From: Polyangiaceae bacterium
GTDB lineage: Bacteria; Myxococcota_A; Polyangia; Polyangiales; Polyangiaceae
DNA: 34,475 bases
Assembly (NCBI GenBank): GCA_044376115.1
Contig: JBILLK010000050.1
Location: 1 to 34,475 of the forward strand
Direction of reading: 5' to 3'
This document shows positions 9,144 through 17,562 of this stretch, piece by piece. The stretch's first letter is position 1. Each line of letters begins with the position of its first letter. A program made the translations under genes and the position numbers. The notes below the pieces were generated by a model. It was not told where the DNA came from, did no database searches, and worked only from the letters and a program-made list of their open reading frames with translations.

Positions 9144-9857
9144 ATGCTCCCTTCGCTTGCTTCTTTCTCCGTACGCCAGCTGCTTTTGTACGCAGCGGTT
9201 TGCTCCACGGGACTTGGCCTCGCGCAGCCAGTCTTCGCGCAAGAGCTGTTACCCAACGGTCTGCCGGTCGCCGAAAAAACGTTGGAGCTGCCTGAGGTCG
9301 AGCTGCCGGAGCGGCAAGCCGTACGCGAGATCGGGGAGAGCCCGTTCTACTACCGCATACCCGACAACACCGTTGCGGGCTGGTCGCGCAGCGCCGTTGG
9401 GCTGCAAGTGACGCTGCCGACCAACGAGGAGCAGGACGCTTTTGCGCGGGCTACCGAAGGGGCGCGCTTCAGCTTCGATTTGCTCGGCGGCGTCGAGCTC
9501 AGCTTCGCTCGCGACGAGCCCTATTCGGTCGTGGCCGAGCTCGGTTACAGCTACGTCTACGAGCGTTCGCATTGGTTCGTGGTTGGGCTTGGCCCGGGGC
9601 TTCACGGCCTCGGACCAACGAGCGAAGCGGAGGACCCGCGACCGAGCGGCGACTTCGGCGTCGCGCTCGTGCCGCACGCTGTTGTCGGCTCGCTCGACGG
9701 TCACTTCGCCTACGGCCTACGCAGCAGCTTGCTCGCGCGGTGGCATGCCTTCGGCATCGAGCTCGGGCATCAGGTGGCGTACGTCGAGGAGCTCGATCGC
9801 ACGGTGCACGAGCTGCATCTGATGATCTCGCCGACCTACTCGGGGGTGATCCGATGA
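9144..9857 (+). CDS. Exported protein, possible small outer-membrane beta-barrel
   Basis: Signal peptide ending VFA-Q; alternating beta-strand pattern (VVAELGYSY, FGIELGHQ); ATGA overlap with the next gene. Confidence 0.65.
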   Translation: MLPSLASFSVRQLLLYAAVCSTGLGLAQPVFAQELLPNGLPVAEKTLELPEVELPERQAVREIGESPFYYRIPDNTVAGWSRSAVGLQVTLPTNEEQDAFARATEGARFSFDLLGGVELSFARDEPYSVVAELGYSYVYERSHWFVVGLGPGLHGLGPTSEAEDPRPSGDFGVALVPHAVVGSLDGHFAYGLRSSLLARWHAFGIELGHQVAYVEELDRTVHELHLMISPTYSGVIR

Positions 9858-10690
9858 GCGGCTTGCTCAAGAGCGTTGCTGCCTCGTTGCTCCTCGCGGG
9901 CTGCGCGCCGACGTTGCCTTCGCTGCTTGCGAACAAGCACTACCGCGAGGCGGTTTGCGCCGGAGCCGATGATGACGCAGCCGACGAGGTTGCTGCTGCG
10001 ATAGCGCGAGACGCCGATGCACAGCTTCATATCCATACCTTGACGCGCGAAGAGCTCGAGCCGGTGCTCGGTAGGCATGCGCCTTCGATCGATGCTCGCA
10101 ACGAGTTCGTCCGCGTACGCGTGCTCACCAACACCGTGCCGGTGGACGGCTACCAGCTGCAGCTCGAGGTGAACGAAGCGGAAGGGCTGAGCCAGGCCGC
10201 TCCTGCGAATTGGGCCTCGTTGATTCGCGCGACCAAAGAGACGATGCCGCCCAATCGGCTGTATGCGACCTATGCGACGCCGGACAACGCGCTGAAGACG
10301 ACCGCAGCGTTCTTCTCGTTAGGGGTTTCGCTCTTGTTCACGAGCCCGTTCCAGCCCGGCCTGGCCGAAGGCGAGCCGTCGCCGGAGGACTTCGAACGCA
10401 GCGCGCCGATCGCGAGCCGGCTGCATCAGGCGTTCGGTCCGACGGGCTGCGATAACCCCGGCGGTCCTGCGCAGCCGGGCGGGGATTGCACGCTCTTCTT
10501 CGTCTTACCGCGCAACCAAAGCGCCCGTTGGAAGCTCGCGGTGAAGCAGACCTTCGTGGCTCGGCGGCTCGGCGATGAACGCGAGCTCGACTGCTCGGTG
10601 AGCCGCAGCGATACGGTGGAGCTGCGCGCGCCGTTCAGCAGCAAGACCCGGCCGCTCAAGGAGCTGGTGGAGGCTACGAAGAGCCGCTGA
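9854..10690 (+). CDS. Lipoprotein of unknown function
   Basis: MSGLLKSVAASLLLAGC lipobox; coupled to the upstream gene by ATGA. Confidence 0.75.
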   Translation: MSGLLKSVAASLLLAGCAPTLPSLLANKHYREAVCAGADDDAADEVAAAIARDADAQLHIHTLTREELEPVLGRHAPSIDARNEFVRVRVLTNTVPVDGYQLQLEVNEAEGLSQAAPANWASLIRATKETMPPNRLYATYATPDNALKTTAAFFSLGVSLLFTSPFQPGLAEGEPSPEDFERSAPIASRLHQAFGPTGCDNPGGPAQPGGDCTLFFVLPRNQSARWKLAVKQTFVARRLGDERELDCSVSRSDTVELRAPFSSKTRPLKELVEATKSR

Positions 10691-10730
10691 TCTCCGTGCG
10701 CTACGGGCGCTTGTGTGAAAGGCTCGCTCG

Positions 10731-12089
10731 ATGAAGCGCGTTGCTTGGTGGACGTCCATACCGCTGCTCGTCGCTTGCGGCCCGAATGGAGCGCTCGACA
10801 GCAGCGGCTCGAACGCCGCGCACAGCTCCAGCGCGCTGGCAACTTCGAGCGCCTCGCCGCAGAAGACCTTCGTCGGGAAGAAGACGGCGGAGCTCGCGCT
10901 GCGGCCCGAGGTGGCCGAGGCGGCGCTGGGGCTCGCCCGGACGAAGTCGTTCGAGTCCAAGTACGTCGGCGCGGGCGGCTCTCCCAGTGAGACGTATGCG
11001 CTGTTTGAGACGCTGCTGAAGCGCGCCAACGATGCGGAGCTGATCGCCTTGTTAGAGGACGAGAGCGCAATCGTGCGGGCGTATGTCGGCGGGCACGTGG
11101 CGAGCAAAGTTGCGGCGGGCTTGCCGGCGCTCGTGGCACTAGCGGAGGACGGTACGCCGATCTCCACGTTGCGAGGCTGCATCGGCGGCGGGTCCTCGGT
11201 GTCGAAGCTCGTGGTCGATGCGCTGTGTGCGTCGGACCTCGAGCAGGCGCCTGCAACCTTGCTCGCGATTCACGCCGCTGGAGGTGGGGCTGCGGCTGAT
11301 GCGCTGGCCTGTGCTGCGCCATTCGCCTCCAAACGCGCGAGCGCGGCTGCGATCGAAGGGCTGCGCGCGAGGCCGAAGCTGATGCAACAGGAAGCCTATC
11401 TGCGCGTGCTCGCGGTTGCTCCGGCCCCAGCCGAAGAGCAATGCCCGCTCGCGCTCGCGGCCTCCAAGAACGATGATGCCAGTGTGGTGATCGCCGCGGC
11501 GATGGCGCTGTGGCGCTGCGAAGACGAGGCCTCGAAACAGCGCTTGGTTGAACTCGCGGCGGGCACGAATGTGGTGGTGGCGCGGCAGTCGCGCGCGAGC
11601 ACGCTGCTGCGCGATCCGGAGCAGTACGTCACCGCCGACGAGTACGATGGGATGTACGACGTGGACACGCGACTGCGCGAGGCGCTGCGCGGTACGGATA
11701 GCGCGCGCATTTGGTTGCCGCTGGTCGCGAAGCTCATCGAGGCCCACCCCAAGCGGCTGGTCGGCCCTCTCGCGAGCGCGAGCGTGAGCCCGGAGATGAC
11801 CGAGTTCGTCTTGCGGATGGTCGCCAACACCACGTCGCAACGCGAGCTCGGCAGCTCCGCGCCGCGCACGCAGCTCGTGCGCTATCTCGCCCGCAGCAAA
11901 GACCCGCGCGCGCTCCCGGAGCTACGCCGTTCGCTTGGCTCCGACGAGCTCGACGAACTCGCGAGCGCCCTGCGCGGCCTCGCGCTGCTGCGCGACAAAG
12001 CCTCGAGGTCGCGCGTCGAGCAGCTCAGCAAACACGAGACGCCCGCCGTTGCGCAGGCCGCGCGCGAGGCTTTGTTGCAGCTCGATTAG
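10731..12089 (+). CDS. HEAT-repeat lipoprotein
   Basis: Lipobox LVAC; HEAT-like units LLEDESAIVRAY, DDASVVIAAAMAL, HETPAVAQAAREAL. Confidence 0.75.
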   Translation: MKRVAWWTSIPLLVACGPNGALDSSGSNAAHSSSALATSSASPQKTFVGKKTAELALRPEVAEAALGLARTKSFESKYVGAGGSPSETYALFETLLKRANDAELIALLEDESAIVRAYVGGHVASKVAAGLPALVALAEDGTPISTLRGCIGGGSSVSKLVVDALCASDLEQAPATLLAIHAAGGGAAADALACAAPFASKRASAAAIEGLRARPKLMQQEAYLRVLAVAPAPAEEQCPLALAASKNDDASVVIAAAMALWRCEDEASKQRLVELAAGTNVVVARQSRASTLLRDPEQYVTADEYDGMYDVDTRLREALRGTDSARIWLPLVAKLIEAHPKRLVGPLASASVSPEMTEFVLRMVANTTSQRELGSSAPRTQLVRYLARSKDPRALPELRRSLGSDELDELASALRGLALLRDKASRSRVEQLSKHETPAVAQAAREALLQLD

Positions 12090-12733
12090 TTCGCGGCGCC
12101 CTTCGTGCCTTTGGCCAAGCCGAAGGGGCCGGTGCCGTCGGGGTTGCGCGACCAGGTCTCCGGGTCGGCCATCGGCTTGACCAACTCCCAGCTGGTGCTG
12201 TCGATCAGCGTGGCGGTTTCGTCGTACAGTTGGACCGAATCGGCGGCGCCGCCGAGGCCGAAGTCGAACTGGCCCTCCATCGTTCCGCGCTCGATCACGA
12301 GGTAGGCGCCCGCTGCGAGGGTGACGCCGTCGGCGAAGGTGAAGATGTGGGTCGGGTCTTCGTCGGTGAAGGTCCAACCGCTGAGATCGGCCGTTGCGGT
12401 CCCGATGTTGGTGAGCTCAATCCAGTCGTCCGGCATGCCATCGGCCGCGACCTCGTTGAGTACGACCTGCGCCGTTCCAGCGCCGCCCTGGCCGTTGCCG
12501 CCTTGTGCGGAGCCGCCTTGTGCGGAGCCGCCTTGCGCCGAGCCGCCCTGAGCGCTGCCGCCTTGCGCGGAGCCGCCTTGAGCGCTGCCGCCGCTGCCGC
12601 CGGCTCCACCCTCGCCACCTTGCTCGCCCGCGCCCGTGCCCGTGCCGCCGCTGCCGCCAGCCGCGCCCGTTCCGCCGCTATCTCCGCAGGCCGAGAGCAC
12701 CGCCACCACCGAAAGCCAATGGATCAATCTCAT
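12086..12733 (-). CDS. Lamin-tail-domain lipoprotein with Gly-rich linker
   Basis: Lipobox LSAC; VVLNEV...DWIELTN...DLSGWTFTD...TKGAAN. Confidence 0.88.
   Translation of the reverse strand: MRLIHWLSVVAVLSACGDSGGTGAAGGSGGTGTGAGEQGGEGGAGGSGGSAQGGSAQGGSAQGGSAQGGSAQGGSAQGGNGQGGAGTAQVVLNEVAADGMPDDWIELTNIGTATADLSGWTFTDEDPTHIFTFADGVTLAAGAYLVIERGTMEGQFDFGLGGAADSVQLYDETATLIDSTSWELVKPMADPETWSRNPDGTGPFGLAKGTKGAAN
12498..12587 (-). repeat. Coding 15-nt tandem repeat (SAQGG x6)
   Basis: CCGCCYTGHGCSSWG units with synonymous variation inside the lamin-tail gene linker. Confidence 0.85.
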
Positions 12734-12844
12734 GGGCGGCTCCTTAGCGCGACTTTCGCCCGGCGAAAGTGACAGTTTTGATCCAGACCCAAGAGGGCAC
12801 GAGACCGGCTATCAAGGGGACGTGGTCCGAGTCGCGCCTTCCCC

Positions 12845-13822
12845 ATGTTGAACGCTCTTCGCCTTTGGCTCTTGCGGTTGCTTGGGGCGCCGCCGGCTGG
12901 GCCGGTCGCGTTGCTCGAGCCTCGGAGTGCGCCGCGCGCCGCGCGACCTAGCCTGCGGGCTCAAAAGCAGACGCGCCTCGTGATCGAGCGCTTGCGACGC
13001 GAGCTGCGAGCGGCGGAAGCGCGGGCTGCGCGCACGACGTCGCAGCGCACCGCTTCGCCGTCGGAGAAGGCTCCTGCGCCCTCGGCTCCGTCTGCGGCGC
13101 TCGAGGCCAAACTCGCGGCGTTGACGGCCCGCGCGAAGCGCGCCGAGGAGGCGCTGCGCAATGAAACGACGGCGCGCGCGCATGACCAAAAAAAGCAACG
13201 CAAGCGGGCCGACCACGACGGTAAGCGCCTGAGCCAACTCGAGGCGAAGTTGCGCGCGGAGAGCGCACGCGCGCTTGGCGCCGAGATCAAGCTGAAGGCG
13301 GCTCAAGAAGAATTGAGTGCGCAGACCAGCGTGAAGCCCAGCGCCCCTTCGAGCCCAGCGAAGGCGGTTCAGCCCGCCGAAGGCACGCTCGAAGTGCACT
13401 TCAGCCCCGGCGAAACCTGCCTCGGGGCGATCCTCGACCAACTCGAAGGCGCGCGCCGCAGCATCGATGTGTGCGTGTTCACCATCACCGACGACCGCAT
13501 CGCCCGAGCGTTGCTCGCCGCGCACGAGCGCGGGATCAAACTGCGCGTCATCACCGACAACGACAAGGCCAACGACGAGGGCTCCGACATTTGGAAGCTC
13601 GAGCGCGCCGGCATCCCGGTTCGCGTCGACCGCACCGAATGGCATATGCACCACAAGTTCGCCCTGTTCGACGGGCGCATCGCGCTGACCGGGAGCTACA
13701 ACTGGACCCGTGGAGCGGCGCGCAACAACGAGGAAAACTTGGTGCTTTGCGACGACGAAAGGTTTGTGACGGCGTTTCGCAGAGAGTTTGAGAAGCTGTG
13801 GAAGAGGTTGGGACGGGAGTAG
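12845..13822 (+). CDS. Phospholipase D/Nuc-family protein (single HKD) with N-terminal coiled coil
   Basis: VHFSPG, SIDVCVFTITDD, MHHKFALFD (HxKxxxxD), TGSYNWTRGA..NNEEN. Confidence 0.9.
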   Translation: MLNALRLWLLRLLGAPPAGPVALLEPRSAPRAARPSLRAQKQTRLVIERLRRELRAAEARAARTTSQRTASPSEKAPAPSAPSAALEAKLAALTARAKRAEEALRNETTARAHDQKKQRKRADHDGKRLSQLEAKLRAESARALGAEIKLKAAQEELSAQTSVKPSAPSSPAKAVQPAEGTLEVHFSPGETCLGAILDQLEGARRSIDVCVFTITDDRIARALLAAHERGIKLRVITDNDKANDEGSDIWKLERAGIPVRVDRTEWHMHHKFALFDGRIALTGSYNWTRGAARNNEENLVLCDDERFVTAFRREFEKLWKRLGRE

Positions 13823-13898
13823 GGAGGAAGAGAGGAGAAGACGGGAGCGGGCACGGGCACAGGCACGGGCACGTTCACGGGCGGAGAGGGGGAGAGGC
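13823..13898 (+). repeat. Purine-rich tract with GGGCAC hexamer repeats
   Basis: GGGAGGAAGAGAGGAGAAGA then CGGGCA-CGGGCA-CAGGCA-CGGGCA-CGTTCA-CGGGC, directly after the PLD stop. Confidence 0.6.
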
Positions 13899-13916
13899 GA
13901 ACGTCCTCGCGTTTGA

Positions 13917-14019
13917 GGGGATCGGGCTTCGAATTGGACGTTTTGTTGAATTGCGGCGCACATCCCTTGCCGATCGATCGCGTTTCTCAACAAAACGTCC
14001 ACTTCGACCGCCGATCCTC
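13917..14019. repeat. ~100-bp imperfect inverted repeat (MITE/REP-like)
   Basis: TGGACGTTTTGTTGA (13935-13949) is the exact reverse complement of TCAACAAAACGTCCA (13987-14001); pairing extends via TCGAA/TTCGA and GGATCGG/CCGATCC. Confidence 0.8.
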
Positions 14020-14052
14020 GGGAGAAGACGGGTGCGGCGGTAGCATCGCGCG

Positions 14053-14631
14053 GTGAACGACGCGCTCGACGACGTGTTGTGGGAGCTCGAGGATCCCGAC
14101 GAAGTGCTCGCGCGCGAGAGCATCCGAGCGTTGCCGCCGCACCGTTTAGCGGTCGCGGTCCAGGAGGCTCAGTGTGTCCGGCTGCGCCGGGCGGTGGTCG
14201 AGCGGGCGAACGCGCTCTCTCCGAGCGAGGCGCGTCGCTTCGCGGCGGAGTGCGTCGCCGAGCTGCTGCCCCAATGGAGCGCACGCTATGCCCACGACGA
14301 TCGCCCGGCGCGGGCGGTGGACATCGCTCTGCGGTGGTCGCGTGGCGACCGCATCGACGAGGCCGAGCGGCTCGCTGCCGAACGCGCAGCCCGCGAGGCC
14401 GGGGATGCGGCTTACGCGGACTGCTTCCCCGAGAACGCTCCGAGGCGATGTGCGCTCGGCGTCTCGTTCCCCGCGATTGCCTATGCCGCAGCCTACGCTT
14501 GCGAGCGCACGCTGCGCGTGGCGACGGTGGCGAGCTACGCGTCCCTCGCCGACGCCGTACGGCGCGTCGCACGACTCGAATGGCAGCTCGCCTGGCTCGA
14601 GGCCGCGAACCTCCAGCGGCCGCCGCGATGA
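14053..14631 (+). CDS. Imm5-like putative immunity-domain protein
   Basis: FAAECVAELLPQW...DDRPARAVDIALRWSRG...WQL pattern; TAGCAT -10 box 6 nt before GTG. Confidence 0.65.
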   Translation: MNDALDDVLWELEDPDEVLARESIRALPPHRLAVAVQEAQCVRLRRAVVERANALSPSEARRFAAECVAELLPQWSARYAHDDRPARAVDIALRWSRGDRIDEAERLAAERAAREAGDAAYADCFPENAPRRCALGVSFPAIAYAAAYACERTLRVATVASYASLADAVRRVARLEWQLAWLEAANLQRPPR

Positions 14632-14680
14632 GCGCTGCGGGCGGCTCGCTCGCTCCGGGCGCCGTGGTAGCGTGGGCGCG

Positions 14681-15841
14681 ATGCGAGCTGGATTTCGCGC
14701 AGCTGTGCTGGTTCCTTTGTGTGCGTGTACGTTGGCGCCGCTGCCGCTTGGGCCGTGTCCGGCGACGCTGACGACGCAGGCGTGTGAGCTTGCGGTGCGG
14801 ACGGAGAGCGGGCTCGAGGCGAAGCCGGATGAGGTGGTTCGCTTTTTTGCGATCGGGGATGCGGGCGTCGCCGACGCGAGCGACCCGGCGATGTTGGGCG
14901 CGACGACGGAGTACGTCGCTTGGTTGACCGACCACGTTTGTGCGCGCCGAGGGGGTTGCGACTTCGGCGTTTTCCTCGGTGACAACGTGTACGAGGTGGG
15001 GCTCGCGAGTCCGGAGAAGCAAGCGTTCTTGGAGCGTTTTGCACAGCGCTACAGCGCGGAGTGGACGCGGCCTTTGTACTTCGTATTGGGCAATCACGAC
15101 TATCACCCGGTGGTGCCATCCCAAGCGCGCGCCGAGGCGGAGCTGTTGTGGGTCGAGGCGCTTGGGAAGGCGCACCACGGCATGGTGCGTGGACGTTCGC
15201 ACTTCTTTGGCTTTAGCGCCGGGCCGGTGGACCTCTTCGCCTGGGACACCAATCACCTCGTGCGCGGTTGTGAAGCGTCCCCGGGCGGCACGCCGGATTG
15301 CGTGGCCGCGGGCGACGACGCGCTGCGCGCCTTGCAGAGCTCGCGCGCGCCGTTCCGCATTTGGCTCGGTCATCATCCGTATTGGTCGAACGGCGAGCAT
15401 GGTGACGCAGGCGACTTCGAGGACGGCGGCTTCTCGCTATGGCGCGGAGCCGGCTATCAGCAGCTGATGCGCGAGCACGTGGTCGGGCGCGCCGACTTGG
15501 CGATCTCGGGGCACGACCACAACCTGCAGGCGTTCGAGCACAAGGGCACCGCGCTTTTGGTGAGCGGCGCCGGCGCGAAGAGCACCGCTCTGCGACCGCC
15601 GAGTCGTCGCTCGCCGTCGCTTTACCAAGCCGACCAGGTCCTCGGTCTGGCGCTGATCGAGGCAAGCTCGAAGCAACTGACCGTCGAGCTTTACGCAGCC
15701 CCGGCGAAGACCGTCGACGGCAAGCTGGTACCGCCGTCCAAGAGCGACGACGTCGAGCGCTTGATGAAAGAGACGCTGCGGTTCCGTATGTCGCGCCAGA
15801 TCGGCCAGAGCTGGGTCGTCGATGACGGCGTTGGGGAGTGA
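14681..15841 (+). CDS. Calcineurin-like metallophosphoesterase (purple acid phosphatase type), probable lipoprotein
   Basis: AIGDAG, LGDNVY, LGNHDY, GHHP, SGHDHNLQ, VSGAG; N-terminal LCAC lipobox. Confidence 0.9.
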   Translation: MRAGFRAAVLVPLCACTLAPLPLGPCPATLTTQACELAVRTESGLEAKPDEVVRFFAIGDAGVADASDPAMLGATTEYVAWLTDHVCARRGGCDFGVFLGDNVYEVGLASPEKQAFLERFAQRYSAEWTRPLYFVLGNHDYHPVVPSQARAEAELLWVEALGKAHHGMVRGRSHFFGFSAGPVDLFAWDTNHLVRGCEASPGGTPDCVAAGDDALRALQSSRAPFRIWLGHHPYWSNGEHGDAGDFEDGGFSLWRGAGYQQLMREHVVGRADLAISGHDHNLQAFEHKGTALLVSGAGAKSTALRPPSRRSPSLYQADQVLGLALIEASSKQLTVELYAAPAKTVDGKLVPPSKSDDVERLMKETLRFRMSRQIGQSWVVDDGVGE

Positions 15842-15922
15842 AGGGCCGGGAACGGCGGCCGCGTCGACGTTCAGCGCCGTTGTACCGAAGTTGCACCGAA
15901 TCGCCAGAATCGTCGCCACGAC

Positions 15923-15948
15923 TGTAACATCCTCGGATCTCCCGGGTC
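15923..15948 (+). promoter_or_regulatory. ECF sigma promoter TGTAAC-N16-GGTC (autoregulatory)
   Basis: TGTAAC 15923-15928, 16-nt spacer, GGTC 15945-15948; same architecture recurs at 16825. Confidence 0.7.
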
Positions 15949-15963
15949 TCAGCGTCATTCGGC

Positions 15964-16197
15964 ATGGCAATTACCTGTGAACAAGTGGCACGACGGCTCA
16001 CGGAGCTGGAAGAGGGTGGGGGTTCCGCTGCGGCCCGCCTTGGTCTGCGCGCCCACCTCGCCATTTGTCGCCGGTGTCAGCGTTACGTGGAGCAGATGAA
16101 GCAGGTGCGCGCGTCGCTCTCGACGCTGCGCGAAGAGACGGTGGCGGAGGCCTCGCTCGAGCGCGCGCTCGCGACGTTTCGCAACGCGGGTCGGTAG
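15964..16197 (+). CDS. Soluble zinc-finger (zf-HC2/ZAS) anti-sigma factor
   Basis: ITCEQV...HLAICRRC (HxxxCxxC); no transmembrane segment. Confidence 0.88.
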   Translation: MAITCEQVARRLTELEEGGGSAAARLGLRAHLAICRRCQRYVEQMKQVRASLSTLREETVAEASLERALATFRNAGR

Positions 16198-16200
16198 CGC

Positions 16201-16806
16201 GTGCACGCCGACGATGTCGTCCTTTTGGAGGCGCTGCGCGCGGGCGATGAGGCGGCGTTCGCGCGGCTGGTGACCCGGCTCCATCCGCGTCTCGTGGCGA
16301 CAGCGCGACGCATCCTCGGGTCGGGCGAGGAGGCGGAAGACGCAGCGCAGGAGACTTGGCGGCGGGTGGTGCGCGGGCTCGATGCCTTCGAGGGCCGCAG
16401 CCGCTTCGATACGTGGGTGTTCCAGATTTTGGTGAACCGCGCGCGCACGGCTCGCGGTGCTGCGGCGTTGCGCCGGGAAGAGAGCTTGGCCGCAGACGCC
16501 GATCGCGATCCGCTCGACGGCCAGTTCGACCGTTGGATGCAATGGAGCGCGCTGCCCGGCAGCTGGGGCAACCCCGAAGAAGCGGCGCTCGCCGCGGAGG
16601 TGCGGCGGCTGGTCGAGAGCGCGCTGGACACGCTCCCCGAGCTCCAACGCTTGGTGCTGCAACTGCGCGACGTCGAAGGGCAGGACGCGGCCGAGACGTG
16701 CGCCGCGCTGGGCATCACCGAGGCGAACCAACGTGTGCTCTTGCACCGAGGCCGGCTGCGGCTGCGTGAAGCGGTGGAGCGCGGACTCGCGGGCGCACGC
16801 GCCTGA
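16201..16806 (+). CDS. ECF RNA polymerase sigma factor
   Basis: GDEAAFARLV, AEDAAQETW, FEGRSRFDTWVFQILVNRAR, LPELQR.V..LRDVEG, NQRVLLHRGR. Confidence 0.93.
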   Translation: MHADDVVLLEALRAGDEAAFARLVTRLHPRLVATARRILGSGEEAEDAAQETWRRVVRGLDAFEGRSRFDTWVFQILVNRARTARGAAALRREESLAADADRDPLDGQFDRWMQWSALPGSWGNPEEAALAAEVRRLVESALDTLPELQRLVLQLRDVEGQDAAETCAALGITEANQRVLLHRGRLRLREAVERGLAGARA

Positions 16807-16824
16807 CGCCTTTGGCGGAATGTT

Positions 16825-16850
16825 TGTAACGAACGCCGCCGCCTTGGGTC
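16825..16850 (+). promoter_or_regulatory. ECF sigma promoter TGTAAC-N16-GGTC of the peroxiredoxin gene
   Basis: TGTAAC 16825-16830, 16-nt spacer, GGTC 16847-16850; ATG follows 8 nt later. Confidence 0.7.
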
Positions 16851-16858
16851 CAAGCGGC

Positions 16859-17374
16859 ATGAACACCGAAACCACGAGCAACTCCGCTGTCGTCGTCGGC
16901 GAGCGCGCCATTCCTTTCACGCTCCCGGACCAGGACGGCAAGCCGTTCCGCCTCAGCGACGCCATCGCGCGCGGCCCGGTGGTGGTCTTCTTCTACCCGA
17001 AGGACGGCACCCCCGCTTGCACCGCCGAGGCCTGCTCCTTTCGCGACGCCAGCCCCGAGTTCGCAGCGGCCGGCGCGACCGTGGTCGGCATCAGCTCCGA
17101 CGACGCCGCAGCCCACGCGAAGTTCGCTGCCGAGCACCAACTTCGCTACCCCATCCTGGTCGACGCCGGCGGTCGCGTTCGCGCCCAATGGAAGGTCCCG
17201 CGCGCTCTCTTCGGTATGGTCGACGGCCGCGTCACCTACGTGATCGACAGCCAGGGCATCGTGCGCCACCGCCATGAAGGCCTCCTCGGCGCCAAGAAGC
17301 ACGTCGAAGAAGCGCTCACCATCGTTCGATCGCTCGCCGCCCAACGCGGCCATTCCGAAGCCCGCCCAGCCTGA
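16859..17374 (+). CDS. bcp: Peroxiredoxin, BCP/PrxQ family
   Basis: FTLPDQDG, FFYPKDGTPACTAEACSFRD (PxxxTxxC, CxxxxC), VVGISSD, GRVTYVID. Confidence 0.9.
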   Translation: MNTETTSNSAVVVGERAIPFTLPDQDGKPFRLSDAIARGPVVVFFYPKDGTPACTAEACSFRDASPEFAAAGATVVGISSDDAAAHAKFAAEHQLRYPILVDAGGRVRAQWKVPRALFGMVDGRVTYVIDSQGIVRHRHEGLLGAKKHVEEALTIVRSLAAQRGHSEARPA

Positions 17375-17400
17375 GGCCTCCACGCTCCGGTGCGCCACCG

Positions 17401-17562
17401 GCCCTTCGCCCTTCGCCCTTCGCCCTTCGCCCTTCGCCCTTCGCCCTTCGCCCTTCGCCCTTCGCCCTTCGCCCTTCGCCCTTCCGGCCTCTCGCCTCTG
17501 GCCTCTCGCCTCTCGCCTCAGGCCTCTCGCCTCTCGCCTCTCGCCTCAGGCCTCTCGCCTCA
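17401..17562. repeat. Heptamer array: (GCCCTTC)x12, then degenerate GCCTCTC/GCCTCAG/GCCTCTG units
   Basis: 12 perfect units 17401-17484; second type 17487-17562 runs into the stop codon of the AlkD-like gene. Confidence 0.95.

Noticed and set aside
12812..15400. 862-aa minus-strand ORF and similar long Arg/Ala/Pro-rich ORFs (e.g. 23807-25513, 11711-12772)
   Set aside because: Shadow ORFs of high-GC genes that have clear motifs on the other strand or frame.
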